In this document: positions 1 to 13,700 of the stretch, piece by piece
How positions within the stretch are numbered: the stretch's first letter is position 1
Layout of the letters: each line of letters starts with the position of its first letter
DNA from: Lytechinus pictus
Taxonomy: Eukaryota
Direction of reading: 5' to 3'
DNA length: 60,000 nucleotides
Assembly: GCF_037042905.1 (NCBI RefSeq)
Contig: NC_087245.1
Coordinates: forward strand, 38,194,001-38,254,000
Program-made: the position numbers and the translations under genes
Notes under the pieces: generated by a model
The model's input: the letters and a program-made list of their open reading frames with translations, nothing else
What the model was told of the DNA's origin: nothing
The model's database searches: none

Positions 1-3000
1 CTTTTTGAAATAAATTAAAATGGACAAAATACATCACATTCGGCCTTTACACATTCCCCTTTATACACGGGCAACACTTGTAAATTCAAACAAATTATCC
101 AATATAAAATTGCGTGCAGTATAAAATGATCTGAAAAAATTGCAGTAAATTCCCTCGTCATAGAGCGTTTAATAATCATAATTTATGAGAATATACAAAA
201 TGCCATGATGAAAGGTGGCCGCTATGACAGACAAATCTGCACAGAACCCTCTACTTACATAATTGCCATCATTTTGGAAAATGAATTGTAATATTCAATA
301 GTATCACGGACTACTGCATTTCCTTTATCTTACATAATTTACATGCTCCATAAGCACAATTCAGTTTCATATTACAAGAGATCTTTAGATTTGGCTCATG
401 GTTGAAGACTTGCACAAAGGAAGAATAAAAAATAATTACAATGCAAAGCTGCTTTCCAGTCTTGTTTTTTTTTTCTTTACAAAAATTTCAAAATGAGGAA
501 CGCCAGTAAAAGTTAATCAACTTTCCGGGAAAATAAGACGTTCAAAACCCTAATATTTTCATCAGTTGCGTAATAATCTATATGTACAAGTGGGTCAGTC
601 TCTTTAAATCCAAAATCAGAGTTTCTGTACATTCTCTACACAAATTTCAAGTGAGTCGATAAAGTCTTTGTCTTTTATACAACATTTGTCAAGGGAAGTG
701 TAAACCGGGAGCGAGTATGCCTTTACATTTAATTACAAAATAATTACACAAATGAAAAACTATACTTTGTAATCTGGAAATAAAGTCTTATTTACATATT
801 GACCTCTGTGTGTTGATGTACACGGTCATACATGATGTTAGTCATTTTCGTATCATTTTGGTCTCTAATACTTACACCCTTCAAAAATGGGTTAAGAACA
901 TTATTTTCCATCAGAACACTATGCACAGAGCAGCAAGTCATTCTCGTATGAAGAATCACATTTTACCGGTTTCTTTACAATAAAAAAAGGTGTAAGAAAG
1001 CTTTTACAATTTGTCCCTTTTTTACATTATGTCACAAGTCCAACATCTTTAGTGGAGATTATGTGCAAGTAATCTTTGTAATTTACAAATTCTATAAACT
1101 ATTTACTATTTTTTACACCAATGCTTTTATATAAGTTTGCATTTTCTCAATGACTATACTTTCTTTTCTTGAGGGGAATTTTAAAACAGAAAAAAAGTTT
1201 TAAAAGCACCATAAAATATTTAAAAGTGAAAAATATGGCAAGGACAAAAAATTTAAGAATTCTAGATCAAGTAAGAGTGTTTTCTTCAAAAAATGATAAT
1301 AAAAAGAAAGTAAAACCATTTTTTTTTTTACATCATGTTGCGATACCTGTGTTTAAAAAAAAGTATTCCAATTCCATTTTGCTTTAGTTCCTTTCCAAGC
1401 AGCCTCCCCGCATGTTAGGTCAAGATATGAACCTGACGGCCAGACGCTAGCCTTCATTCAAACATCCCCAAACACAGGATTTACACAGAGGCATTCCAAA
1501 CTACCGACTTAGTTCAGCGCACACACCCGATATCTCTCCACAAATTAAGCCTTCAAACCGCAACCAGGGAAGAGCAGAAACCGTTTTGATGATAAGCACA
1601 TGATTGCAATGGGAGGTTAAACTTTACAATGATCCTATACAATTACGGAGTAAAAAAAAAATAAAATAAAAAGAGAATTTACATGTTACACACGATCTGT
1701 ACAAATAATTGTTTTCCTTCTGTACGGTGATAATGATGTCCCGTCTTTGATGCAGGGGTAAACATTTTTATACAAGCTGTACGCTGGCCTCGGAAGGTTT
1801 TAAATGGGCCTCAATGGAGTTGCTTTATTTTTGCTGTACACGTAGCCAGACTCGGAACAATATTCATATGCTGTACATGTCCAACAAAACCGTATGGTTG
1901 ATGTATATACACATGCACCGAGCCATAACCCCTCATGCATAAGCATCATACTCATTGGTGTGATCACGGTGTCATCTATTTACAATTCAAACCACTAATT
2001 GATGTCTCGGGAGTTACAAGGTAGGTAGGAATTATCATGGTACCATCGTTGGATTCATTAGTTTTTTTCCGACAACATTAGTTCCTTACTAAAACAGAGA
2101 TTGTTGTTTGAAAAAGTGAGGTATACATTATTTTTTTCCTAGTCTTTGCAGTCCAGGCCTAGAAGAGATATGTACAGGAATCTAACGACCCTTCTGAGAT
2201 GAATGACTGTGCACTACGGCTCTCTTCTCATTCTGTAAATTTGTACAATCAAGATGCATACAGTTAAGTCTTAGAAAGGAATTTGGTAGGGCACTGGTAT
2301 GTTTCCTCCAATATTAAATAGAGTCCAGAGAGATAGAGAGGAAAAAAAAATCTTTACAATATGTACTCTGTCTATGTTACAATAATTACAAGAGATACAG
2401 CCCGTTTTATCAAGGGCAATATAGCGTTCAAATCATTTTCTCAAAGAGTTAAATTTTCCTACCCATTAGAACCGTATGTTCCTATATTTTTCCTTTCTTT
2501 CTTTTTTTTTTCTTTGCCTATCAGAAGGCACACATTGGAAGACATTTCAGAGGGCTTGGTTGGGCAAAAAGCACAAATTTTCCCTAAATCATTTTTTTCA
2601 CCCTACATTATGTTCACAGGATGTCTTGTACGTACGTACGTATGTGTTTTGCAAAGCAATTATGTCATATTTACATTTCATTTGACTCGATTATCTGCTC
2701 TACTGATCGACCTATAGGGCTCACACATGAGATAGAGAGGTTTGGTGTAATCAGGGCCCCGTGACATCAAACGTAGCGAGTGATCATGGGACCGACATCT
2801 ACAATTGATTCCATAGACTATTGTGAATGATCGATCGCAGAAATCGGCCCCATGATCAATCGCTTCATTTCATCGCACAGGTCCAGGTGATTGGTCACTC
2901 ACATTTAAAGAGCTAAAAACCGACACAAATTGATCCCGTTATATATCTAATCACCAAACTTACCAAACACCGTGTTATGTGAATCTCATTACACCAAACA

Positions 3001-4567
3001 TAGTTCTCGTAAAAAGGAACCATGCACTAACGCGAGGTCCTTTCACCAAATGTAAAAGCACTTCATATATAAATAGGACTATGGAAAGCTTAATGTGGGG
3101 GGAAAGTCAGGTTTAGCAGTGCCAAGATTATGATAAAATGGCAAAAATGTGTGGCTTTTATCATGGTAAGTGTAATGTACATCAGGTTTATATTTCCCAT
3201 GTTGGCTAAGTGCCTACTTAAACTATTTTAAAAATGCCATTAAATTATCAAGCCAATTTACAATAGAAATACAATAGCTAGATACACCAAGATACATACA
3301 TATAATGCAAAGTAAAGTACAAAACCCTCAAAAAGGAAAAATAATTAACAAAGAGCAAAGTATTAAATGCCTAAAAATAATGTATATCATACAATTATAT
3401 GTCATATTCAAACAGACTTCATATTACATTTCCACTTTTAAATTTATACAAATATCAAGAAATTCATGCAATAAATTTTCATAATGCTAAATATGTATCA
3501 TGCTAAATACAATTTTCACAGAAGAAATACAAACACAAATTCTGCTAGTCCATCCACCAATAATGTGAGATTTTAACTCTCATACTAAGCTACTACATTC
3601 TGATATTCAAGGAATATGTATGTATATATATATAATATGTAATCAAAAACACAACAGAGTCCACCGCAAAATATTGAAATTTCAAAGACTACATGACTAC
3701 TGTGGACGTTCATACCATGGTCCCTAAACTAACAGCTAGGTTCAATCCAGGAAAATGGCTCCAGTAGAGAAAAGCTTTCTTAAAAGTTGAAACATTGACA
3801 TATTTTCTCCTTATTTTCAAACGTTTTGACACTAAAATTGCATGCATTCTAGACTAGTATAGTTGAGCAGAATTTGAAGGCAGAGGGCAGGGTACTTGGA
3901 TGGTATAAATGACCTTCAAGAAACCCAATATCCGCTCAGCAGTACCATGGGTCACCATCGGGTCAGATATATATCACTCCATTCATTCCACATCGATGAG
4001 AGTACTTTATTCGCATCTTATTGATTAATATCAATTTCATTTCTCCTACTCTCGTTAAATCACAAAGGATTCACCTTTTTAAAAAAATCAATACATTGAT
4101 GTAATATCAATCATTTGTGATCCTACCCTTTGCCCGCAGTTACTAGCATTTAAGGTTATTTTTTTCTTTTTAATAATGTTTTTTTTTCTCAACTTCAAAG
4201 TGCAAAACACACCATTGCTCATATGCTCAAGAACGAGACAAATGTTTGTAATGGGGCAAACAGTCTACAAGCATCCTCTATTTTGAAGGGTTCTGAGAAT
4301 AAAGATATTTGTTTTTTTATTTGTCTCTACAGATGTTTTATACAAATCTGATATCACGAAGAATAATATATTTACATAAATTTTGGGGAAAACATATCCA
4401 GCAGGAGTAAATGAGTAATCTGAGGTATTTCATAATCGCTGATTCCAACAAAATATAGATGAATTTTAATTGATGAAACGGACAAGGGAAAATAATAATG
4501 GAATTACTTCACGGCATTGAACTCTGATAAACAATTGTCTCGTCCCTGGCATAGCAACGGCGGGTAC
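1..4567 (-). other. pum: Long pumilio 3' UTR, probably extending beyond the window start
   Basis: Repeat-poor and U-rich on the mRNA strand, follows the stop codon, many UGUA cores; 3' end not determinable from sequence. Confidence 0.7.
581..4376 (-). promoter_or_regulatory. Cluster of 7 Pumilio response elements (UGUAHAUA) in the pumilio 3' UTR
   Basis: Plus-strand TATDTACA at 581, 789, 1904, 1977, 2169, 2668 and 4369. Confidence 0.75.
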
Positions 4568-4796
4568 CTACAAGGTACCATTGGTTGGTCCACCGATGGG
4601 TCCCAAGTCGTTGCTCTTCATGAAGAACTTCTCAAGCTTGGCCAAGATGTGTTTGCCGTAGGTGTACTTGCGCAGCGAGGCCACGTACGGACGGATCTTG
4701 TGCATGAGGACCTTGCGCTGGTTGGGCTCGGATACATCGATCATTTTCTGCACAACGTAGTTGGCATACTGGTCTTTCATCATGGTGTAGAGGGCA
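4568..4796 (-). CDS. pum: pumilio last coding exon, repeat 8 and C-terminus
   Basis: [20 protein letters not shown]...[16 protein letters not shown]...[12 protein letters not shown]. Confidence 0.97.
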
Positions 4797-7700
4797 CTGT
4801 TAAAATAAAACACATTAAATACATGATTGGCATTTTGTTTCACCACATGACTTTCATTGAAATAAATAGACAAGTAGCATTAAACCGGTTAAACAAGGGT
4901 TGGTTCAAACTTAAAATACTTCCAGACCAACTTGGGTTTCATCAAAGATTTGTTTCATTGTTATCTGTGACATCTGGTATTCAACCTAAAATGGGGGGGG
5001 GGGGTTATGTGGAATTATACAAATCAGTAGAAGCATGAAAATCACTAAAATAAAATAGTATCTGAAATTTATGTGAATATTAAGACTGCAATGCAAGAAT
5101 ATAGACCAGCTACAAGTTGAAAATCACAGACACAGATTACCATACGCTGGATAATTACTTGTAAAAAGATCCATCAACCGAACAAAATGCCATGAATATT
5201 TTGCTAATTTCTTGGCAATTGATTACTGTCTTCCGTAATAGTATGGCACATATTTATCAAAGAATGTTGCCAAATCAACTGGAGTTGACGTCTATTTATC
5301 TGTGGCTTACCCGTCATTGTAGGAGCAGACTTCATCGATGAGTAGCGCCCTCTCAGGTCGTGAAGAGTGAGTGATGCACTTCTCAACCACGTTACTATGG
5401 AAACAGAAAAACAAAGAATCATTCAAATAAAACTACATGTATACTGAATCCTCCGAAATGGACATTTAAATATCAATGATGCGACAGAGGCAAAGAGTTT
5501 GTCCAGGTTATTCCTCCGGACAATCCTGCTTCTTTCGGGTACAGAATCCTCCACCAAACAAACGAGTCTAAATTATGCAAGCATACTTCATTAAGCGTGC
5601 AAGTTGTGCCTACCCACACTTGAATCAAGTATTTATAATTCTGACAATGAATGTCAATTTAGAGCTCAACGGCATCACATTGTGTAAATGTTAAGAATAA
5701 ATCTTGAATATCGTTTTTACTGAAACTTTCCTTACACAAACAGTACTTTTTATACAACTATTCTAATACATTCATTGATAGTAATATTACAAGACAACTT
5801 ACGTCTGATACTAATTCCATAAAATTTACAGCTCGGTTCAAGACTTCATTGTTTCGTTGCCATGAATGCAAATCAGGTAACTATGGATGTTGGTTATAAT
5901 ACTCAACATTATCATTACTATCAGATTAAAAGTGCTTTCTTGAGATCATCCCTTACCTGGCAAACTTGTGCTGACTAAGAACAAGGACCTTGCCTCTCAT
6001 CTCTGAAACAATCTTACTCTTATCTTCAGGTCTACCATGTTCCAACACATGCTGTAAAACAAACAAACATACATACACAGGGCATTTACAAACCTATTAC
6101 AGGCTAGCTGTCGGACTAGAAATGAAGGAATGAGGGGAAAAAAAAGAAGGGATAGGAAGGAGAGAAAGGGAGGGCGTTTCTTAGAATTGAAAAATGAGTA
6201 TATCCACCAGAATAGGTACATAACAACCATGTCGTGTGGTCCAGTGGTTAGAGCATTGGACTCATAATCGCAAGGTTGTGAGTTCGAATACCCACTCTGC
6301 CATTGTCTCCACTTTGATAAAAAGGCCTGAGAGTAAGATCTGTCTATAAGGTCAGTCATTATCACTAATTAACCTAGACGTAAAATGTTTCCTAGGTAAT
6401 TGGTTATATACCAGCTTGGCGTTTACCAGCAAAATGCTGTCCGGCCGAGTTCCTACGGGAGTTACCATAAACAGAAACAGTTTTCTCTCACTTTCCTTTT
6501 TTTTTTAAATTAGGAATGCCTATTTCTGTGGAGGTCTCCATGAATAGTAAAAGAACATGACAGGAGAAAAAAAAATACATATTTTCAGAGGACTACTTTT
6601 CACAACTTACTGCCTAATTCTTCAAAATTGGATAAGCTTTAACATTGAGAATGAATGGTGATTTTTCAGGGCTCTTTTGAGCAATTTTTTTTTTTTTTTT
6701 TTTGCGGGGGAGGATTACCCCAAGCCCTGTGTAATTTTTCCTCTAAAACATGATGAACTAGTGAAAGTGATACGTCACTTTTCTTGCATTGCAACCTCAC
6801 CTGAATGACATAGTTGCCATACTGGTCCTGTACAAGGCTCTCTGTCTGTTGATGAAGTTCGTCGAGAAGAGGTTTGGTCTGTTCAACGATGCAGTGCTCC
6901 AAGATACGCTGGATCACGCGGCAGCCATAGGGGTGTGTTGACAGTGAATACACCTGAATAATAAAAAAAAATACTCTGATCACAAACTGCAAATATCTCG
7001 CTGAATAAGTTTAAAGCATGGTATGAAAAAAAAATAGAACATGAGACCAAAGGAAGGGGGTTATAACTGTGTTTTGACAAAATAATGTTCAGCTGCTGTG
7101 TATTAGTTATCGCAAAAACGACAGAGGAAAGAGAGGATGACTTGAGATTGAAGGCATAAAACATAAAAATTAGAAATCATGGAATGACTTATGACATCAG
7201 TGAAGATGCCATTATTGGTTCCAGCAAAACAGATGCTCCGCAGCGACATTGTTCAATTAATTTAATTCTGAAATTTCTTTTTCTACCCTAAACTCGTTGA
7301 CACTTACCTGTCCCCTGAAGGCATCTACAATGAACTGGAGCGCCTGAGGTTCTACGCACTCGATACACTTCTGTACGACATGGTTGCCATTCTGATCCTT
7401 GACACACTTGAGAACATGACCGTCGAGCTCCTTCACCATCTCAACCTGACAAAGACCAACATAACCATTTATAAGATTGATTACATATATATATATAAGG
7501 ATCGCACCTTTAATATCATTAGGCCTAGAACAAATACCCTTTTTGCCATTCCATTGTTCGACAAGGTAAACAATCTAACAGTTCATGCAATCAAGATTCC
7601 AAGGGCCCGTCTTATAAAGAGTTGCAATTTTTCGATCAATTGTAACTATGGAAAGCCAGCAAAGTAAACATATGTAATGCATGTTTGTTCAAAAAAATTC

Positions 7701-10700
7701 TAGATATGAATGTATATCCAGAAATTAATTGATTTCTTGACAATTTGGTGTGATCTCCTTTGTTGACAAAGGATATTTTGCAAATTTCCTGAAGAAAAAA
7801 ATTATGACACTGATGGATTTCCATAGAGTTACGATTGACGATTGATTGGATCAAAGGTAACTCTTTGTAAGACGGGGCTCTGGATTATCAGAAATCACAA
7901 AAAAGTTGAGTTATCACATGACCTACCAGTGGTGACACATAATAAGCGAGCTCACTCAGTCAAGTGTCCCAGTAAAGTGCCTATAAGTGCACAACACTTG
8001 AAAGAGTCGCAACGTTGGGAATTCATTTAATTTTAGCATGAAAATTCATTCATGCTCTACTTTTGTACTGAATAATGGTGAGCCATTCATATTGAAATTG
8101 GTGAAGATCAAAAATTTGTAAGTGGGCGGGGAACTTAAGAAGTGGACTGACTTCCTGTGACAAGTAGCACTGACCAAAAGGCAGTGATTCTTGACAAGAT
8201 AGTAGAGCTTGAATTACCTGTAGTTCAGGTGGGATAGACTCCAGGGCTTTCTGGATCACCCTACACCCATACATCTGAAGGGCGAGGGGTAACACATGGC
8301 CCCTGATACGCTGCGCAAGAGCCTGCTTCTGCTCAGGGAGACCAAACTCAAAGAACTTCTGGATGACGTAGTTGCCAAACACATCGGTCATCAGGCTGTA
8401 GGCAGCACCCAAGATTTCACTGAAGACCATCTGACGTTCAGTTGGAGTGGCACGCTCCAGCTTCTGCTGGATGAAGCGGGATCCGTGTTGATCCTGTGAA
8501 TGCAAGCAGTGGAAATATTGCACTTGGAAGTCTTTACCATTCACGTTTCAAAATCGTAGTATTACTCAAGGTTCATTTGCACCACGTGTAAACGCAATAG
8601 ATAAGAGCAAATTGAACAAAAACTTTGATAAAAATGATGCACATGGCCCCTTATCATTGACCTTTTGACCCCTTCATCCTTGTAAACACACATGTGGTAT
8701 TACCCAAGGATCATTTATACCAAGAGGGATCACAACTGATGCAGAAATGAAGAGCAAGTTTAACAAAAACCTGAACATTTTTGTAACATACTAACAGAAC
8801 AACAGACTAAAGGGAATAGTGATTACGAGGTCTCTGTCGAACGTCATTCAGGTGAGACATTTCAAACCGAAGTCTGACCTTACCTGAGAGAACTCCACGA
8901 TGTGGCTGACGAGGTCGCGGAGCTGCAGATTTGGGAAGCGATTGTTGCGGAAGTCCTCCAGGAGTCTACTGCGACCAGGCGCACTCTTCTCCATGTAGGC
9001 GGTGCTGCGAAGGCTGCGGGGAGGGAACAGGGTGTTGGAGCCCCATCCCGATCCACTGGTACTAGAGGACGTTGATCCACTCCTGTATTTTACTTCCCCA
9101 CCTAGTTAGGTATACAAGCATCATAGCACAGCCAATCAGACCCTCAACTTATACATTTCTCAATATTCTTTCTTCAAAAAAAGAGTGAATTGTGAAGAAA
9201 CTAGATGGATTTTCTTGAATGCATGCAGGCAAAAATTATGGCTTCGGCATTGCCAGATCAAGGCTAAATTACACACCCAACTTCTAGAAATATTCAAAAA
9301 AAGACCTTTGACCTTAATACCCCAAACTAATCAGTCATTCCTGTACACACTTGGACCAAGTTTGAACTTAGACCATTCAACAGGTCTTCAGTTATCCTGA
9401 TTCAAACATGGGATAAGCAGCCAGGCTAAAAATTTCACATGCTTGTTAACCCTAATTCTCCCGGGGGGGGGGGGGGCCATAATGGCCCCCCCCCTCGACA
9501 ATTTTCGCGATATATCTGCTGCGCAAAATTTTTTGAGACCAAATTTGTGACACCCGGGTACACGGTTACGACATTACGCAACATTATGTAAGTGCATGTC
9601 AGACCCAAAATTGCTCATAAACGTGATTTCATGTACAAATCCAATGCAAATTGTGTATTTAGCCAAAATTCATAAATGTATCATTATTTCTACTTTTACT
9701 GATTAAACTTAATTAATTTTGCCTTGTTTATGGTCAGAATTAAGTCTGGAACGATTTCCATTGAAAAAACAATAAAAGACAAAAAGTAAAAAAACAAGGA
9801 AATACATAAGAAATTCATAAAACAATAAAATACATAAGAAATTGATTTCCAAACCGAAGTTTTTTTCATTGCGATTGTTAAGAATGCTACAAAGAATATT
9901 TTTACCAAAAATTAGCATTCTAGGAGCTTTATTTAGTGAATTAGAGCAAAAAGTATGATTTATGCATAAATTAGCATAATTAATTCATATAAAATAAAAT
10001 CTCATTATTTTGGAAAATTTTACCATACAGCCTTGTAGATTACATCGCAAACTACCAGCGTGCAAATTTTTGCGTCGCTCGCTCGATCGGCAGCCGAGAT
10101 CTTAGGGGGGGGCCATAATGGCCCCCCCCCGGGAATGACAAGAATCAAAATACCCCGGGAGAGTGAGGGTTAAAGTGCCCGGCAATTGACAAAGCATGGG
10201 GAAATTGAATAAATACGAAATTTGCAAAAGGCCAATTGACTTGCATAATATAATCCGTCTGTCATGAGCGCCCGTCGGACTAATGCGATAAAAGTTCGGA
10301 CAGCACGATTTTGACCAAACTTGTGATGGATAAATACTTCAATTCTTCACAGTTCTAGTTTCCAACAATCCCAATTCCTAGACTCTTAGCAGGTCTCTTG
10401 ACTGCTAAACCAAAATGAATAACCTCTGTGGAGTTACATGTTTCAAAGTGAACACGCGCAGTTTACTTCTGGTTGGTTAGTCTACTAAGTATTGCTCTTA
10501 TATAGACCTCCAGACATGCCGGCGTCTATTACATAACACCCCCTGGCATGCAGCCGAGTGAAAGACTTGAATCTCTTCTCTGTTTTTAGATTAGCCCTGA
10601 TTTCCCCATGATTTGTCAATGTAAGGTCGCTTTAATAACACAGGGCTGCCTTTCTATGTCTGCCATGTACAAGCAATTCCCTAAGTCGAAAAAAGTTATG

Positions 10701-13700
10701 CATGTGTCGTGCACGAGCACAATATCAAACATAAATGAACATGCATACTTTTCAAGAAATACTGGAAGACCTGTAAATTCCACATGCATAAAATGTTCAA
10801 ATATCAGAAGCCTTATCACAAAACCCTGTGATTCATTTATAGGCTCTCTTGAGTAGTTATATCCTATGTGTAAATATTGATTTAATATGCCTCATGCATT
10901 GAATGAAATTGTTCATTAAAAAAAATCAAGCAGGAGTGTAGATTTCCCCACCGGCAGCTTAAACATCACATACAAAGCTTCATTATAATTTAATTTGCAT
11001 GGTTTGAATTCATTAAGTTCTAAAGAAAAATGTTAAAATGGTATAAACAAAACAAAACAGAACAAAACATACTTGGTCATTTCAGATATAAAGAAATACT
11101 TAGAAGTCAACTTATAAATCACATTCAAAGAAGATTAAAAGTTAATCATATTCAAACATCTTGTGCAATTAAACAAATTCATGTTAATACAAAAAACAGT
11201 AGCACTCTATCGGATTAAAAGCTACAAAGAACACAACACTGCAAAATTGGTTACACATGTGAAGATAATAAAATTGAATTAATCCATAAGTATTTTCACT
11301 TCAAATAACACATTAAAAAAAACCTCAATTGCACTTTAATCTAGAATATGATGGTCAAAAGGGGCATCCCTGGAGACATATGGAAAGACTCCAGATTACA
11401 GTACCACTGTCATACAAGGGACCAAGGATAGGCTCAATTTGGAGAAATGTCAATCATCTTTGAAGAGCGACAGACAGGAATAATAGCATCACTTTTTTTG
11501 AAACACAGCTAAATTAGTTTGAAGTATGTTTCTATGGGTAGTGGCTCCCTTTTTTTTAGCAAATATGTAATCTTTGCTGCTGGAAAATGGTTCTATAAAA
11601 TAAGACATTAAAAAGTTATGCTTTTGGTCTGAAAATATGTCAATTGAGGGCTTGTATGTCAGAAGCTATAGAGTTTCTGTAACCACTAGCATTCACTCAA
11701 GCCACTAAATTTTCTTTTTTTTTCTGAATTGTTCAAATTTATGCCCATGCTTCCCAAAATAATTGACTGACAATATGATTTCAATTGCTTCATCTACCCT
11801 TCTTTTTATAAGAGTTGTGAGTTTGAGAGACACAACACACGCGAACGAAAGCAACATCTTGTACATTAATACCGAACTGGTCTCATTTTCGAAATATGTT
11901 ATACTCTGTAGATGATGCATTTCATTCCAGAACATAGCACACGTTATAACAAGAAGGGAGATGATGGACTGCTTCAGAGCCAGAGGGAAAAGCAAATGCA
12001 AGGGACTCGATGCTGTATCGGAATGGTGTTATAGGAATGGGGGCGGGGGGCAAGGAAGGGAAGGGGGTGTGGGGGGGATGGAAGACGGGTTGTGGGGGTG
12101 GTGGTAGTGGGGCAACTGGATGGGATACAATCTGTACAGGAGGGAGTAGATAGGGAAAAGTTTGCTTGCCTGGGGATGGAACCGAGTATGACATTTGGTC
12201 CATACTGAATGGTGCGTTGGTGCCCAGTGCTCGGTTGCCCCACTCATTCTTTTGCCTGGACCACGTAGCGCCGGGTCCTGTTAGTAGATTATCTGAAAAC
12301 AGCAAATGATCAACGTTTTTTTTTTCTACTCCTTTGTCTTGTCTTGCTAGCTGGTGTTACCTTGTGGCCCTATCCCTTCAATACACCATATATACTTCAG
12401 AGGAAACCAAAGTGAAATTCATAACAATGTACAATACAAGTGGATCGCCTCTGGCTGTCTCGCCTGCATTGCACGATTCAATATAGCAACAGAGCCGACT
12501 TCGAAAACTCTGACGAATAATTTTTTCACAAAAAGAAAAAAAAATCCATCTATTTGAAAATAAAACAGTGAGTTCATTGACCTCAAATGACCCTTATCTT
12601 ATTGTCATAATTTTGGGAAAAGTTTACATAACCGATATTTTGAAAAGCATCGGTGTGTATCAAGTTGATCCTTCTGAAAGATATATGGTGCATAGAATAG
12701 GATTGTTTCTTTCTTCAACTCTCTTTTAGCAAAGACCTAACAAACACCCCAAAAATACAACACTCAAAAAGAACTTTTGCAATGAGGCATAATCCTGTGT
12801 AAACAACCATAAGAATATATTCAAAGTATAATAACAAGTCAGTGCTAACAAGCTCAAATAGACATTTATTCATCTTCATAAATTTGACTCAATAGCATTG
12901 GCACAAAAATCATTTATCTATTGCATAATAGTAATTTTTCATTTGGAATCACATCAAGAATGAAGTATTTAAAAATAATTATGGATTGTTTTGTCCAAGA
13001 TAGCTGCCTATTACAGCAAAATCATTTAATTTAGATAAAATCCGGCAAGCCTCGTGATATTGAAATGCAGAATTATCTTCTTTTTTCTTTAAAAAATGTT
13101 TTAATTAGTTTTAATATCTTTGAACATCTTTGGACACAAATTGACATTTTAAAATAATCGGTTTGCACAGGATTAAGAAAAGGTGAAGAAAAAAATTGTA
13201 CTGAATACTATAAATTGGATGAATGAGTGTTGTTAGAATGAACTATGTAATCATAAACAACTTCAACAACAAAATAACTGGTGTCAGTATTTCAATTGAG
13301 AGGGCCACACACTTCTTCTATGGAAAAACAGTAAATGATGCTAAAAAAAGAGTAGAGAATGAAATAGATCTTCAAGCTTGTAAGAGAGAACTCAAATAAA
13401 TTCCCTTTCAGCTAAAATATTAATAAAATAACAATAAGGCAACAACAACAAAAATCTTTCTCTTGAAAATAATTTCTATTGCTCTCTTTCCAATTTATTT
13501 ATCTAAGATTTTAATTTTCTTGATCTGTGAATGAATCTTTATATTGTTACCTTTCTTTATCTAATTTTTCATTTATTTTTCTACCACATTATATAAAATT
13601 TAGCAAAATATAGTTTAAACTGACATATCATACATTAAAAATAGTTAATGTATAGTCAACTTGAGTAATTACAATACGGTAATGGTAAATTCAAATTTGT

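Noticed and set aside
2117..4427. miRNA seed matches in the pumilio 3' UTR (let-7 at 2117 and 4421, miR-124 at 2525)
   Set aside because: 7-mers at this frequency are expected by chance in 4.5 kb without conservation data.
4517..5038. 173-aa plus-strand ORF, and similar ORFs at 22788-23204 and 54120-54389
   Set aside because: Antisense shadows of real coding exons.
5141..5146. 6-nt microexon (CAG|CGTATG|GTAATC) in the repeat 7-8 loop intron
   Set aside because: Poor polypyrimidine tract and does not restore the vertebrate PHS residues.
6231..6300. tRNA-Met-like gene
   Set aside because: Acceptor stem does not pair cleanly and the sequence continues into a SINE body with no terminator; treated as a SINE head.
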